From the IMG/VR virus record IMGVR_UViG_3300024331_000159, positions 1 through 38,681 of that record: a stretch of 38,681 bases of DNA, one strand, 5' to 3'. This DNA is from a virus (lineage: Duplodnaviria; Caudoviricetes). Below, in pieces: positions 15,310 to 25,399 of the stretch. The position numbers and the translations under genes are program-made. The notes beneath the pieces were generated by a model that made no database searches, had not been told where the DNA came from, and saw only the letters and a program-made list of their open reading frames with translations. Positions within the stretch are counted from its first letter, which is position 1. Each line of letters opens with the position of its first letter.

Positions 15310-16005
15310 TTATAGCGTCCGATTGATGATGATCACGACATACTTCGCGGTGCCGCCAGCCGTGGTTATATTCGCGTCGATTGATTGTCCGGACGTCTCC
15401 GTCGGCGTTCCGTTAAGGGTGCCCGAGGCCCCGCCTTGAGTTTGCGAGCAGGTCAAGGCGCCGCTGAGAATTGAGGTGGATGAACCCCCGGAAATGATTG
15501 GGGTCACGGTTGGCGATCCGGCGTCGGAATAGCAATTGACCCCGGTGATCGTCAAAGTCGATCCCGTTTTATTGACGCAAACGTCCGGTGTGTCGTTGTC
15601 GTTCGCCAGCGCCGCCGATGCAGAGCCTGGGTCGCCGATTATGATCTCGCACGGCCTGACCTTCGCATCGCTTGCCAACCGCGCATCGGCCAGCGTGCCG
15701 CTTCCGAGGTCTGAGGCGCTTCCCGTAGTCGCGACCGTGGCTAGTGTCGTCCCTCCGCTCTTGGTGCAGGTGATCGCATTCGATCCGGAGGTTGTGCAGT
15801 CGCCACTGATTTCAGCGGCGGTCATCGCCGATGAATTGCCGCGCACGAGGCCTGTAAGAGTGCTGGCTGTGCCAGTCCCGCCATGGGTTATTCCAAGCAC
15901 TCCGCGGACTTGGTTCGAGAGATCAATCTGCGTGCCGGCGGCGAGACATATTCCGGCAGTCAGAATCACTATGGCGAGCAAGCGCCGTACCGTTTTTGTG
16001 TCCAT
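15310..16005 (-). CDS. Tail fibre-like protein with signal peptide
   Basis: RRLLAIVILTAGICLA leader; GVLGITHGGTG and LATVATTGSASDL fibre motifs; six Cys in the mature part. Confidence 0.8.
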   Translation of the reverse strand: MDTKTVRRLLAIVILTAGICLAAGTQIDLSNQVRGVLGITHGGTGTASTLTGLVRGNSSAMTAAEISGDCTTSGSNAITCTKSGGTTLATVATTGSASDLGSGTLADARLASDAKVRPCEIIIGDPGSASAALANDNDTPDVCVNKTGSTLTITGVNCYSDAGSPTVTPIISGGSSTSILSGALTCSQTQGGASGTLNGTPTETSGQSIDANITTAGGTAKYVVIIINRTL

Positions 16006-16016
16006 TGTTCCTCGTT

Positions 16017-16640
16017 TTATTTCCAATAATCTGCGATGAAACCATCCGACCCGCCGGCAGCGACCGCCAGCGTGATCGCCGCTCCGGAACGCGTAAAATC
16101 GTTTCCTCCGCCTTCAAACTGTCGGATTCCGTTGCGATAGAGCTTGACGACCGTGTAACCCGTCGCCGTGCTAGGCGTATTCGCCAACGTTCCCGAAGTG
16201 CCCGAAAAAGAAACAGGTTCGCCTTCGACAGGCGAAGCGGCCGATACGAACGTCGAACCACCGGTCAGCCCGACGATATTTGTGCCGTCTGAAAAGATTT
16301 CGACAAGTCCGGCAGTGGCAAGAAGAGAAAGGGTCGTACCCGGCGCTCCTGTTACCTGGATGATGATCGTGTGGCCGCCGGTGGTAGCGTTCTGAAAAAT
16401 GACACTCCTAGAAATTGCTGGCAGGTTGATGTGCCGGTCAGCCGTAAGTGCTCCGGTGATTTTGATGCATCCGGCGCTCGCAAGCTGCGCTTGCGTCAAC
16501 GTCATGTCTGCGTCGGAATTCGCGATGGACACTACGGCATTGTCGGAGTTGTCGAACTTGTCCATCCCGTCGTTCATCGTCACTTCTTTTTGGTTCTGTG
16601 CGGCTGCGACGTGGACGATTCCTAATTGCGGCGTTGCCAT
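16017..16640 (-). CDS. Tail fibre/adaptor, DUF2793-like N-terminus
   Basis: TPQLGIVHVAAAQNQKEVTMNDGMDKFD signature directly after the megatron-like gene. Confidence 0.8.
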   Translation of the reverse strand: MATPQLGIVHVAAAQNQKEVTMNDGMDKFDNSDNAVVSIANSDADMTLTQAQLASAGCIKITGALTADRHINLPAISRSVIFQNATTGGHTIIIQVTGAPGTTLSLLATAGLVEIFSDGTNIVGLTGGSTFVSAASPVEGEPVSFSGTSGTLANTPSTATGYTVVKLYRNGIRQFEGGGNDFTRSGAAITLAVAAGGSDGFIADYWK

Positions 16641-16648
16641 GTTTCCCC

Positions 16649-18985
16649 CTAGATCGTTGCGGTTTTCGCGAAGCCGCGGCCGATTTCCCCGGATAGCTGA
16701 AAGATTTTCATGGTCACGGCCGCCTGCGCGGATCCGAAGTCCGTGGTTTGCTGTGCAGCCGAATACGTTGCCGTCGGTGAACTCAATCCAGAAATCGTGC
16801 GAACTACCGTCGAGCCGTTGAGGATATCGACTTCATAGGCCTCGGAATCTTCAGCGAGAGGAACCGTGCCGCTGAAATTAAGCCAGTCGCCGCCGATGCG
16901 CGTCCGGCGCTGCCAGGTAATCGTCAGATTCAGCGAACCATCGCGCGCGCCTCGGACATCGGTCGGCGCGTATGGCCGCAGATCGTTTCCCGTATCCGTG
17001 AATTGCTGCGACGTCGCGAGGGACGGGTCCTGGCCGTTTGTCACGCCCCGGTAGTAGCGAAGCTTGTCGACATCGGACAAAGGGCTCGCTTTGCGCTTCA
17101 TGCCGGAATGCAGGTCGATGACTAGGTCGCCGACGCCATGCGTCGCGCAGTTAACCTCAGTGCCTCGCCGACCGCGCAAAAGGGTAGAGAGCGTCAGGGT
17201 GCCATCCGTCTCGACGTGGTCGTCGCGAAACTGAACAACTTCCCATCCACTGCTAGAACCGACCAATAAGGCGTTGCTGCCGTTCAGAACGTTCAGGTCG
17301 GTGTCGCCGGCCAGCGTTCCTTTGACCATCTGCACGTTCATGGTGTTGTCGCGATCCCATGTCCACGGCGATCGCGGAGATCCCAGCGCGTTGGTCGTAT
17401 AGCCGAAGCTGACGGCCTGGTCGTCGGTGTCCTCGAGGCCGAAGCTGGTATCGTCCGAAGATTTGAACAGAACCCCACTGGTCCAGTTAGCGGCGCCTGA
17501 ACTCATTGCGTAGTAATAGCCGGTGCCGACCGGGTTCGAATCCTGGTCTCGTAGGAGCGGGATGTCGAAAATCCACAACAGCGTTGGAGGCGCGACATCG
17601 GAAGGCGGACGGCCGCCGCCACCTCCTCCCAGCCCACCCTTTACGCTAGAAAGATAATTGCGGGCGTTGTCACCGACTCCGTTTATGGCCACGACAAAAC
17701 CTTGGCCGATGCTGGTGTCCACGACTCGAATCTGAAAGGTCATCCCCTCATAGACAAATTGGAGAACGTCCGTCGGATCGAGAACCATGTACTTCGATTT
17801 CCAGAGGTTCACGGCATACGCGTTGCGTTCCAGCCAGCGAAGGTACAGGGCTTTTTCCGCGACCTGCCTGGCGAAATCCGCTTTCATCGTTAGCGGAAGC
17901 GTGATGATTTCCTGATTCCTGGTCGAGACAATACGCGAGTTCCGGCCCTTGATCTGCTTTCCCTGCTGGTAATCCAGGTCCTCATCGTTATAGAGAACCG
18001 TGACATCGCGCGGCAGATCCTGCTCCTGACCCTCGGTCTCGACTAGCTTCGCTTTGTCGGCTTCCATGCCCAGGTCTTCCTCGGGAATGGTTTCGACGGA
18101 AGCGAGCCCTCGTGGGACGCATTTCAGCTTTCCGTCCGATTCGCAAATGTCGAAGAAGAAGGCCTGCATCAAGGTCTGGAGGATCTGCGCGGCCGGCGTC
18201 GGCCTGGTGATCAGATACCCGCAACACAAATTTGTCGGTTTGAGGTTTTCAGAAGTCAGCAGCGAGACGTCCACAAGCGAGGCGTCAATTCCCGCTCGTT
18301 TGCACACGTCGAGCACAATGTCGCCGACCGGGATGCATACGTTTGGCGCGACCACCGGCGTCGCCTTGAAAGAAACGGCGACCGCAATCCACCCACCCGG
18401 GACGCTCTGTCCGAATGTCGCCGTGTAATCGCCAGGCGACGGTGCAACGTAGAATTCCGTGAGCACTGGACCCACGCCGCCGAGGATTTCACCAGGGCTG
18501 CCGATCGGCGTGAATCCCGCGCCGGCGCTTAGGCTTCCCGGTGCCGTCGAAAATGCGGCTGCGAATACAAACTCGCCGGGTTCGGTGGTTACCAGCGGGC
18601 CACTACTGATCGTCCCGCCGCTGACGCTGGTGTCTGAACTGTTCGCGCTTCCATCGACCAGGCTGGTGGAAGGAATTCCGGCAACCTCGATAATCCACCA
18701 GGCATTTGAAATGAGAGTGTCGACGGTGATGGTCGTCGGGCCCGAATGGCTTTCGGTGAAGGCATAATTGATGCCGAGTGCCGCGTACGATAAGCCATCC
18801 CTGACAGTGGCGCTTCCCCCGGACGCCCAAGAAAGATGGAATGCGTCATCGTCGATGCTGGAGGCCCCAAGACCATAGCTCCACATGACCAAAATCAACA
18901 GGCTGTTTGCGCTTACGTTGATTTCGAACGACGTCTCGGAAGTTCCATTGCTGTCGACGAAGTGGCTTTGGAGGATTCTGGACAT
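16649..18985 (-). CDS. Tail tip/host-specificity protein (GTA megatron-like C-terminal part) with extra N-terminal beta domain
   Basis: FFDICESDGKLK, DLPRDVTVLY, LSTLLRGRRGTE, ITWQRRTRIGGDW, EAYEVDIL, IGRGF motifs. Confidence 0.88.
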   Translation of the reverse strand: MSRILQSHFVDSNGTSETSFEINVSANSLLILVMWSYGLGASSIDDDAFHLSWASGGSATVRDGLSYAALGINYAFTESHSGPTTITVDTLISNAWWIIEVAGIPSTSLVDGSANSSDTSVSGGTISSGPLVTTEPGEFVFAAAFSTAPGSLSAGAGFTPIGSPGEILGGVGPVLTEFYVAPSPGDYTATFGQSVPGGWIAVAVSFKATPVVAPNVCIPVGDIVLDVCKRAGIDASLVDVSLLTSENLKPTNLCCGYLITRPTPAAQILQTLMQAFFFDICESDGKLKCVPRGLASVETIPEEDLGMEADKAKLVETEGQEQDLPRDVTVLYNDEDLDYQQGKQIKGRNSRIVSTRNQEIITLPLTMKADFARQVAEKALYLRWLERNAYAVNLWKSKYMVLDPTDVLQFVYEGMTFQIRVVDTSIGQGFVVAINGVGDNARNYLSSVKGGLGGGGGGRPPSDVAPPTLLWIFDIPLLRDQDSNPVGTGYYYAMSSGAANWTSGVLFKSSDDTSFGLEDTDDQAVSFGYTTNALGSPRSPWTWDRDNTMNVQMVKGTLAGDTDLNVLNGSNALLVGSSSGWEVVQFRDDHVETDGTLTLSTLLRGRRGTEVNCATHGVGDLVIDLHSGMKRKASPLSDVDKLRYYRGVTNGQDPSLATSQQFTDTGNDLRPYAPTDVRGARDGSLNLTITWQRRTRIGGDWLNFSGTVPLAEDSEAYEVDILNGSTVVRTISGLSSPTATYSAAQQTTDFGSAQAAVTMKIFQLSGEIGRGFAKTATI

Positions 18986-19957
18986 TTAGACGATCGGGTC
19001 GGGGAAAGTAACTTCAGCGCGAAAGTTGGGAAGCCGGTTTCCAAAATTGGCCAATGGGAAGTTCTCCCACACGGCGTAGATCAGTGGGCGAAAGGCCGGA
19101 GTGATGTCCACACCTTCGGCGGCCTGGATTGTGGGATCCGGAAGCTGGGTTTGAGTCCCAGGATAGATCGTCGGCGGTACGTAATAATCGGCGAGAGGAG
19201 CCCAGTGGTCACTTCCTGCCGGCGAGTGGCCTACGTTTGGCAAGGTCGCTGCATAGATTTGGCCCCAATAGTCGACTGTGGCCCCTGGTTGATACGTGAC
19301 AGCACTGTCCCACGATGGGTAATCCGAAGTGAGTTCCCAATAGAGCGAGTTTCCAGGCGGCGTCTTATCGTTGCTCGGCAGAATGGCTTGATAGTTCGTG
19401 CTGACGCCGCCGCTGACATACGAAACGATGTCGTCGGTGTTGTAGGTTACGGCCGGATCCCAGGGCGGAACTTCCCCGAGTGGGATGAAATTGCCTGGGT
19501 CCGCACCAGGCGCGGCATAGATGATTTTGCTGTCGCCCCAAATTCGGCGAATCGTGCCAGGGCCTTCGCCGAAAGCGACGGCAAAGCTGCCGTAGTACAC
19601 GTAAATGAAAGAACCGCCTCCGCCGCCAGAGCCGCCGCCCGGCTCCTTTTGATTGATGAAGGTGATCTTCGGAGCCCAGATGACCTGGCCGGCAAATCTG
19701 TTGTTCGAATATCCGAATGGGATCGGCGCGCCATTCGCAGAGGACGAGACCTGCAGATCCTGCAGCGGCATCTGCAGCTTTTGCCGATTGGGAAAGGCAA
19801 TCTGTCCGATAGCCCCGCCGACGGCGAGGCCGACGCTCGCGCCGGCGACGATGTCCGTTACCCATGCGCCGACCGCAAATGCTCCGAGGCCACCGGTCGC
19901 GACAGAGATGGCCGCGCCGGCCACCGCGGCGCCTACTGCCAATGCGATTTTTGCCAT
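18986..19957 (-). CDS. Tail tip protein (megatron-like N-terminal part) with two carbohydrate-binding-like repeats
   Basis: Gly/Ala hydrophobic N-terminus, GAPIPFGY, FAVAFGEGP, RRIWGDSK, PAFR, FGNRLPNFRAEV; WDPAVTY and WDSAVTY modules. Confidence 0.85.
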   Translation of the reverse strand: MAKIALAVGAAVAGAAISVATGGLGAFAVGAWVTDIVAGASVGLAVGGAIGQIAFPNRQKLQMPLQDLQVSSSANGAPIPFGYSNNRFAGQVIWAPKITFINQKEPGGGSGGGGGSFIYVYYGSFAVAFGEGPGTIRRIWGDSKIIYAAPGADPGNFIPLGEVPPWDPAVTYNTDDIVSYVSGGVSTNYQAILPSNDKTPPGNSLYWELTSDYPSWDSAVTYQPGATVDYWGQIYAATLPNVGHSPAGSDHWAPLADYYVPPTIYPGTQTQLPDPTIQAAEGVDITPAFRPLIYAVWENFPLANFGNRLPNFRAEVTFPDPIV

Positions 19958-20479
19958 CTATGCGACTCCAGGGAAGGCAAACACGCCGGCAATCCTGCGC
20001 AGCCAGCGTATGTCCACAAGGTGTTCCACCACTTTGCGCTGCACGCTTTCGCTGTTGTAGCTATGAATCACGCCCAGCGTGCCGCCCTGCAAATCTGAAA
20101 CGATGGCAACGTGAGTGATCGGAGTGAGTTTTTCGTTGCGGGTGAATGCCCTGCGGAACGTGGTCTCGGGAGGAATGCGCATCGTCACGATATCGCCAGG
20201 GATGATCTGATCGAGACTGGTTGGCGTGGTCAGGCGTTTGACGATGAGCCGCTTTTTACATTCTTCCTGCAGCTCGTCGCCGAACGGTTGGTTGGCGTAA
20301 TCCTTGTAAAGAAGAGGGTGAAACGGGTTGCCGTCTTTATCGCAGAGACTCAGATCCGTTCCGACGCAGAGCACTACTCCAATGCAATCGATTCCCTTCC
20401 CTATCCGGCGCCCGCGCTGGCCGAACGGAGTGTCCAGATATTTTCGGGCAGCCTGAACCACGTCCTGGGCATTAGGCAT
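19958..20479 (-). CDS. NlpC/P60-family tail peptidase
   Basis: ARKYLDTPF, GIDCIG catalytic Cys, THVAI His, VIHS. Confidence 0.9.
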   Translation of the reverse strand: MPNAQDVVQAARKYLDTPFGQRGRRIGKGIDCIGVVLCVGTDLSLCDKDGNPFHPLLYKDYANQPFGDELQEECKKRLIVKRLTTPTSLDQIIPGDIVTMRIPPETTFRRAFTRNEKLTPITHVAIVSDLQGGTLGVIHSYNSESVQRKVVEHLVDIRWLRRIAGVFAFPGVA

Positions 20480-21353
20480 TCGGATAACTGAGAATCGCGT
20501 CCATTCCAGGAATAAACGGTTCGCCGCGGAAGTTCACGATATTGCTGAATTTGTTCTGGCAGTCGCCGCCGGGGCCTACCAAATGGTTGCAACCCGGTTC
20601 GATAGAAAATTGATCGCCATGCGCCGGCGGAGTAGGCATCGGCAAGAAAAGTATCAGCGTCGTTCCATCCCACGATTTAATCTCGAAGGACCGTCCGCTC
20701 AAAACGCCCGAGGTGAACTGCAGAAATCCATCGTTGAACCACCCTACGTCTCCCACCAGCCCGGCTACGGGAACGATGGTTGCCGCGTCGCCCACACTGT
20801 CAACTGACCCGGTCTGGCGCACATCGTTCAAATCGAACATGCAGAGGTACTTGGAATTCATGTCGATTCCGTTCAGCCCGCTACCGAAAACCGCGCGACA
20901 GACCGGCCCATAGGTCCCCCCGAGGGTAGTGGTCAGCTTCTGCACCAATCCGCGCAGCTCGGCGGTGAACATTCCGTTGACCATCTTCACGATGCCAACC
21001 GTTGCTCTGCGAATCATCAGATCGCCCATGGTCAGGTCGGCCCAATTGACGATGCGGATCTCGACGTCGCAATCGTCATAGAGTCCCGCGCGCAGGTCGT
21101 CTTCGTTGATGGATTCAGAATCGAGGAAGGCAGTGACTTCGATGTTGTCGACGGAGAGGTCCGATTTGTTGGAGGCTGCGGTATTCGTGAAACCGGTTGA
21201 GCCCAGGTAGGTAACGCCGTTATAGGTGATGTCCGCGTCGAAATTCGTGAATCCCATCACCGCGCCATCCTTGCGCGTTACCTTCCAGAGATAGGCCAGG
21301 GTGGTCGGATTGCCTTCGAGATGGGCGGCGAGTTCCGGCGAGATGGTTTTCAT
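20472..21353 (-). CDS. Tail hub protein, DUF2163/BR0599 family
   Basis: WKVTRKDGAVMGFT, Cys-containing C-terminus PGC...C.NKFSNIVNFRGEPFIPG. Confidence 0.92.
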   Translation of the reverse strand: MKTISPELAAHLEGNPTTLAYLWKVTRKDGAVMGFTNFDADITYNGVTYLGSTGFTNTAASNKSDLSVDNIEVTAFLDSESINEDDLRAGLYDDCDVEIRIVNWADLTMGDLMIRRATVGIVKMVNGMFTAELRGLVQKLTTTLGGTYGPVCRAVFGSGLNGIDMNSKYLCMFDLNDVRQTGSVDSVGDAATIVPVAGLVGDVGWFNDGFLQFTSGVLSGRSFEIKSWDGTTLILFLPMPTPPAHGDQFSIEPGCNHLVGPGGDCQNKFSNIVNFRGEPFIPGMDAILSYPNA

Positions 21354-21995
21354 TTAGTAGTTCGGGGGCAGCACTTCAATGAGATTGACGGAATTCAGGC
21401 TCACGATCGGATTGCCGTCGCGAGTGTTCGATTCTTCGACTTGCATCTGCAAATCGTCCATGTCGAAGCGCACCGGGTAGTGATACTGGAAATCAACCAG
21501 CGTTCCAGCACCGAGCCCGCTCACAATTCCCGTGGTGTAATCCACGTCGACGATCGCGCCGGTCCCATTCACCTTGACCGTGTCCTCTAGAGCGTTGCCC
21601 TCGTAGTCCACAACGTCCGAGGTGATCGGCTTGGTGATTGGCTGGATATAGGATCGACCGGCGATGGTTCTGGTGATTCCGAGCATCACATTGCCGTCGA
21701 CTTCCAGGAGCGGCTGCGCGGTCGCCTTGAAATCTTTGTGATCCTTTAGCCGGAAGCCGTCAGCTTTGCCACCTACGACGGTAAAGAAAGCGTTCAGGAG
21801 GTCGGCGAACAGCTGGCGGTTTGCGAATTTTGCCGGTGTGATAAGCGAGACCGTCCATTTGCCGCGGGCCTTTGACCAGTTGCGATTGCGCTGCTCTTGG
21901 CCGGACAGCCCGAGATTCACCGTGGTGTTGAAGCCAGGGCCTCCGACCGCCCTATATGAGAGGGTCGTGGGGAATTGGACCTCGAGAAAAGCCAT
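21354..21995 (-). CDS. Distal tail protein, DUF2460 family
   Basis: FLEVQFP, GGPGFNT, GQEQRNRNWS, GFRLKD, PVRFD. Confidence 0.92.
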   Translation of the reverse strand: MAFLEVQFPTTLSYRAVGGPGFNTTVNLGLSGQEQRNRNWSKARGKWTVSLITPAKFANRQLFADLLNAFFTVVGGKADGFRLKDHKDFKATAQPLLEVDGNVMLGITRTIAGRSYIQPITKPITSDVVDYEGNALEDTVKVNGTGAIVDVDYTTGIVSGLGAGTLVDFQYHYPVRFDMDDLQMQVEESNTRDGNPIVSLNSVNLIEVLPPNY

Positions 21996-24900
21996 CTATG
22001 AATTCCTCGCATAGGCGATCGCGTTGACGCGATGCAGCTGCGCCATAATCTGAGGTCCGGAGCGCCGGAAAGAATCGGCATCATTGACGCCGTGCAGATG
22101 CATGTGAACGATGGAAGTGTGGTGAGTTGTGCCTCCCATGCTCAGCGATGGCGCGACTTGGCCCGCCTGCTTGGGCACGAAGAATTCCGGATGCTTTTCC
22201 CCGACGATGTAGGCCTTGCCGGGCGTAACATCTCCGCCATTAGCAAGGAACCCTCCGAAAAAGCTGCCGATCCCGCCAAACAGTCCGCCAATTGAGCCGC
22301 CGATCTTTGAAAGCACGCTGGTGATTGAACTGAAGACGGTTGAAAAGACACTTGATACTTTCGAGAAAATCCCGCTAAATGCTGCTTCAATGCCGCCGGT
22401 TGCGCTGGAACCGCCGTTCGCCTGCCCGGATCCGAATAGCCCGCCGACTTCTCCGTCCGCCATCTTCACGTAGAACGGATTGCTCGCGGATCCGTCAGCC
22501 TTGGCGCCGCCGAATCCCAGCTTTCCCAGGACGGTAGAGAACAACTTCTGGAAGCCAGCCTTGGCAACCGATTCCTCGAAGCCCTGAAACATCTGTTTAA
22601 AATTGGCCTTGCCGGTGACAACGAACTTGGCGAGGTTTGTCGATAGTTCATCTATCGCCTTCCCGATTGCCTGGAACAATTTCGCGCCGAAGTCCTGGCC
22701 TTCCAGCACGACTTGATTCATCGTCGCCCGGAATTTTGCGCTGAAGTTTCCAACCTTGAGCGCCGCGGCGTCCCACTGTTCGATATTCCTGCGCTGCGAA
22801 TCGTAAATTGCAGAGTCCACCAGTAGCGTCGACCGGCCGTAATCCTGCAATCTCTCTCTCACCGTCAGGAGCTTCTCGGCTTCCAGATCATACGTTTGCA
22901 GGAGATCGTATCGTGCGGCTTCCTGGTCGATCGAATTCGAGAACGCCTCATCGGACTTCTGCTTTTCAAGTTCACGGATTCGGTTGACCTGGCCTTCATC
23001 GGCGGACGGGTTTGCATTCTTGAACTGCGTCACCTTTAGCTCGACCTGCGCAGCCCTCGCGGCAGCAGCTGTCTCGAAATATGCGGCCGAGATTGCCTGA
23101 AGCGCGGGGAGTTCGGCGTCGAAAGCGGTGGTCGCTTTCTTGACCTCGAGGTTCAGGTCGGCGTGAACCTTGGCGGCATACGCCACCCTGTCCGCCGCCA
23201 GTTCTTTATTCGCGAGCGCGTAGCCCTCTCCGAGCTGCTGAACCTCTGGATTCTCGTCGCCGAGTTTTGCAGCGAGCTGGTCGTGCGCATCCTTCAACAC
23301 TTGGACCTTAGCGACCTGGTCAGCGAAATGTGAATTGACGAGCGCCGCTGCCAGTCCAGCAGTGCCATAGGCAGCCGCCAAGGCCTCGGCGGCCGTGGTT
23401 TCCGATTCGAGTTTTAGGTGTTGTTTGTCCAGTTCTGAGACGATTGCTTTGATGGCGGCGCCATATACCCCGGCCGCGGCGGCACCCTCGATCATGCCCT
23501 GGTTGGAATCAACGAATGACAACGCTGAAGCGCGGAGAGTGGGGTTCTTCTCTTTCGACGCCATGTCGCGTAGCTTGCCGTACTCGTCGGAACCCTTCTT
23601 GACCGCCTCGGCGATCAGCTGCTCCGCCTGGCTGCCGGCTTGGCCGATTTTCAACCACTCTTCGGTTTCCCGGGCCAATGCGGCGATGCGCTCCTTGATG
23701 CGCTCGAGGATGCTGTCTTCTTTCGCGGGCTTGGCGTCGACGTCGTTTCTACCGCCGCCGCGTTCATGTCCGGTCGTGAATGGCGCGCGAGGCCCGAAAA
23801 GATTCTCGATCAGATTGGAATTCTTCTGCCACGCCTTGCTGTTTTCCGAGATGAATTGCGCGTCGATGGCCTTCATCCGGTCGCGGCTTTCCTTGAATGC
23901 CGCAACTAATCCGGATGGGCTGGATGATGTCCCGACTGCCCAGATGCCCTTTCCGAGTTCTTCCAGCTGCGCCATCGCGTTGCCGATGCCGCGGCCGATG
24001 CTCCCAAATGCGGTCAGGAATGTATCGCCAAGCGCGATTGTGACCTTTGTGAGCCACACGACCCCGTCAATAAAAGCGTTCAAGCCCGAGGTTTTGTCTT
24101 TGAATCCGTCAACCAACTGGGAAGTGATGAGTTGCAGCGCCGGAAGCAATTCGCGCATGAGGTGAATTTCTAGTCCCTGGCCCACCGCCGTCAGGGTGTT
24201 CAGGCTTTGTTCGAACTTGTGGGCAGCCTCGGCAGTTTCGGTGTCCAGAACGATTCCAAGGGATCGAGCCGTGGCCAGGAAGTCGTCGATTCCGTCTTTG
24301 CCCTGATTCAATATCGGAATCAGCCCGGCGCCAGCCTTCCCGAAAAGCTGGATGGCGAGAGCGCCCTTAATCGGCCCGTCCTCCATGGCCGCAAACTTCT
24401 CCGCCACGTCGCGAAACACATCTTCAGTGCCGCGTAACTCGCCGTTCGAATCCCGGACGGAGATACGCATCCGCGAGAAGGCGTTTACCGTGCCAGGTGC
24501 AGCCGTTGCCGCCGCGAAGATGGCCTTATTGAGCTTCGTGAGGCCGTTCTCCATAACTCCGGCCTCAACCCCGGACTGCTTCGCGACGAAGGCCATGCCC
24601 GACAGCGTTTCGACGGTCACGCCCGTCGTCTGCGACATCACCAGCATTTTGGCTGCGGCCTCAGCCGTGTGAACGGTAAGCCCAATGGCTGCGGCTTCCA
24701 CGGCGGCGAGTGCGCCAACGGCTATACCTCCGCCTATCGCCAGAAAGTTCATGCCGCCGCTCATCTTTGCGAGCGACTGCGTTGCGGATCCGCCAAGCGA
24801 GCCGATCTGGCCGAACACCTCGCCGATCACATGGCCGAACTCGCCAAATGGCGCGAGCATACTCCCGGCAATTTCGCCAAGTTTAGAGAATGACTCGTGG

Positions 24901-25010
24901 ATTTCGCCGCCCGCATGTTTGGCTGCGGCCGACGCGCGAGTCATCCCCTCGATGAAGGCGGCTGTGTTCGCCTTTAGATCGACTACGATTGTTCCGAGTG
25001 TGTCTGCCAT
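21996..25010 (-). CDS. Tape measure protein
   Basis: 1004 aa, helical and Ala-rich; LFGKAG; C-terminal FLANGGDV...YIVGEKHPEFFVP. Confidence 0.93.
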   Translation of the reverse strand: MADTLGTIVVDLKANTAAFIEGMTRASAAAKHAGGEIHESFSKLGEIAGSMLAPFGEFGHVIGEVFGQIGSLGGSATQSLAKMSGGMNFLAIGGGIAVGALAAVEAAAIGLTVHTAEAAAKMLVMSQTTGVTVETLSGMAFVAKQSGVEAGVMENGLTKLNKAIFAAATAAPGTVNAFSRMRISVRDSNGELRGTEDVFRDVAEKFAAMEDGPIKGALAIQLFGKAGAGLIPILNQGKDGIDDFLATARSLGIVLDTETAEAAHKFEQSLNTLTAVGQGLEIHLMRELLPALQLITSQLVDGFKDKTSGLNAFIDGVVWLTKVTIALGDTFLTAFGSIGRGIGNAMAQLEELGKGIWAVGTSSSPSGLVAAFKESRDRMKAIDAQFISENSKAWQKNSNLIENLFGPRAPFTTGHERGGGRNDVDAKPAKEDSILERIKERIAALARETEEWLKIGQAGSQAEQLIAEAVKKGSDEYGKLRDMASKEKNPTLRASALSFVDSNQGMIEGAAAAGVYGAAIKAIVSELDKQHLKLESETTAAEALAAAYGTAGLAAALVNSHFADQVAKVQVLKDAHDQLAAKLGDENPEVQQLGEGYALANKELAADRVAYAAKVHADLNLEVKKATTAFDAELPALQAISAAYFETAAAARAAQVELKVTQFKNANPSADEGQVNRIRELEKQKSDEAFSNSIDQEAARYDLLQTYDLEAEKLLTVRERLQDYGRSTLLVDSAIYDSQRRNIEQWDAAALKVGNFSAKFRATMNQVVLEGQDFGAKLFQAIGKAIDELSTNLAKFVVTGKANFKQMFQGFEESVAKAGFQKLFSTVLGKLGFGGAKADGSASNPFYVKMADGEVGGLFGSGQANGGSSATGGIEAAFSGIFSKVSSVFSTVFSSITSVLSKIGGSIGGLFGGIGSFFGGFLANGGDVTPGKAYIVGEKHPEFFVPKQAGQVAPSLSMGGTTHHTSIVHMHLHGVNDADSFRRSGPQIMAQLHRVNAIAYARNS

Positions 25011-25012
25011 TG

Positions 25013-25399
25013 CTAGTTTGGCTTACCTGGTCCGCAACCGAAAAACTTGACCATCGACGTAAGCATTTCCGCCGTGGTCTTTGATTCCATCTCCTGCAGC
25101 TCTCGCTTCCGGCGCATCTCTAAATAATCGGGAACATATTCAATCGCCTCGGCGGCCGGCGTGCCTTCCCCGCGGAATGCATTTCTGATCGTTGAGGCGA
25201 TGATCCCGGTTTGGTACTGCCTCCGGTTTTTTTCCTCGACGCGGCGCGCAAGCAGCGCCTCGAACTGCGCTTCTGTCAGCCGGCCGAACTCGTCATAGTC
25301 AAGGCCGAGGTCGTATCGGGCGATGGCCCAGAGGTCGATCCAATCGGCTCCGGCGTCGCGTTGTTCGCCGCCGGAATTGGAGGGTCCGGTTGTTTTAAG
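25013..25399 (-). CDS. Tail assembly chaperone, frameshift extension (gpT-like)
   Basis: -1 frame relative to the upstream chaperone, no evident own start, LWAIARYDLGLDYDEFGRLT motif. Confidence 0.75.
   Translation of the reverse strand, partial: LKTTGPSNSGGEQRDAGADWIDLWAIARYDLGLDYDEFGRLTEAQFEALLARRVEEKNRRQYQTGIIASTIRNAFRGEGTPAAEAIEYVPDYLEMRRKRELQEMESKTTAEMLTSMVKFFGCGPGKPN

Noticed and set aside
18836-20098. Long plus-strand ORFs (also 436-1482, 6330-7325, 28487-29491, 31922-33055)
   Set aside because: Antisense shadows of well-supported minus-strand genes in high-GC DNA
16649-21995. Gene transfer agent
   Set aside because: GTA-like tail tip only; the long tape measure, integrase and early genes indicate a true phage
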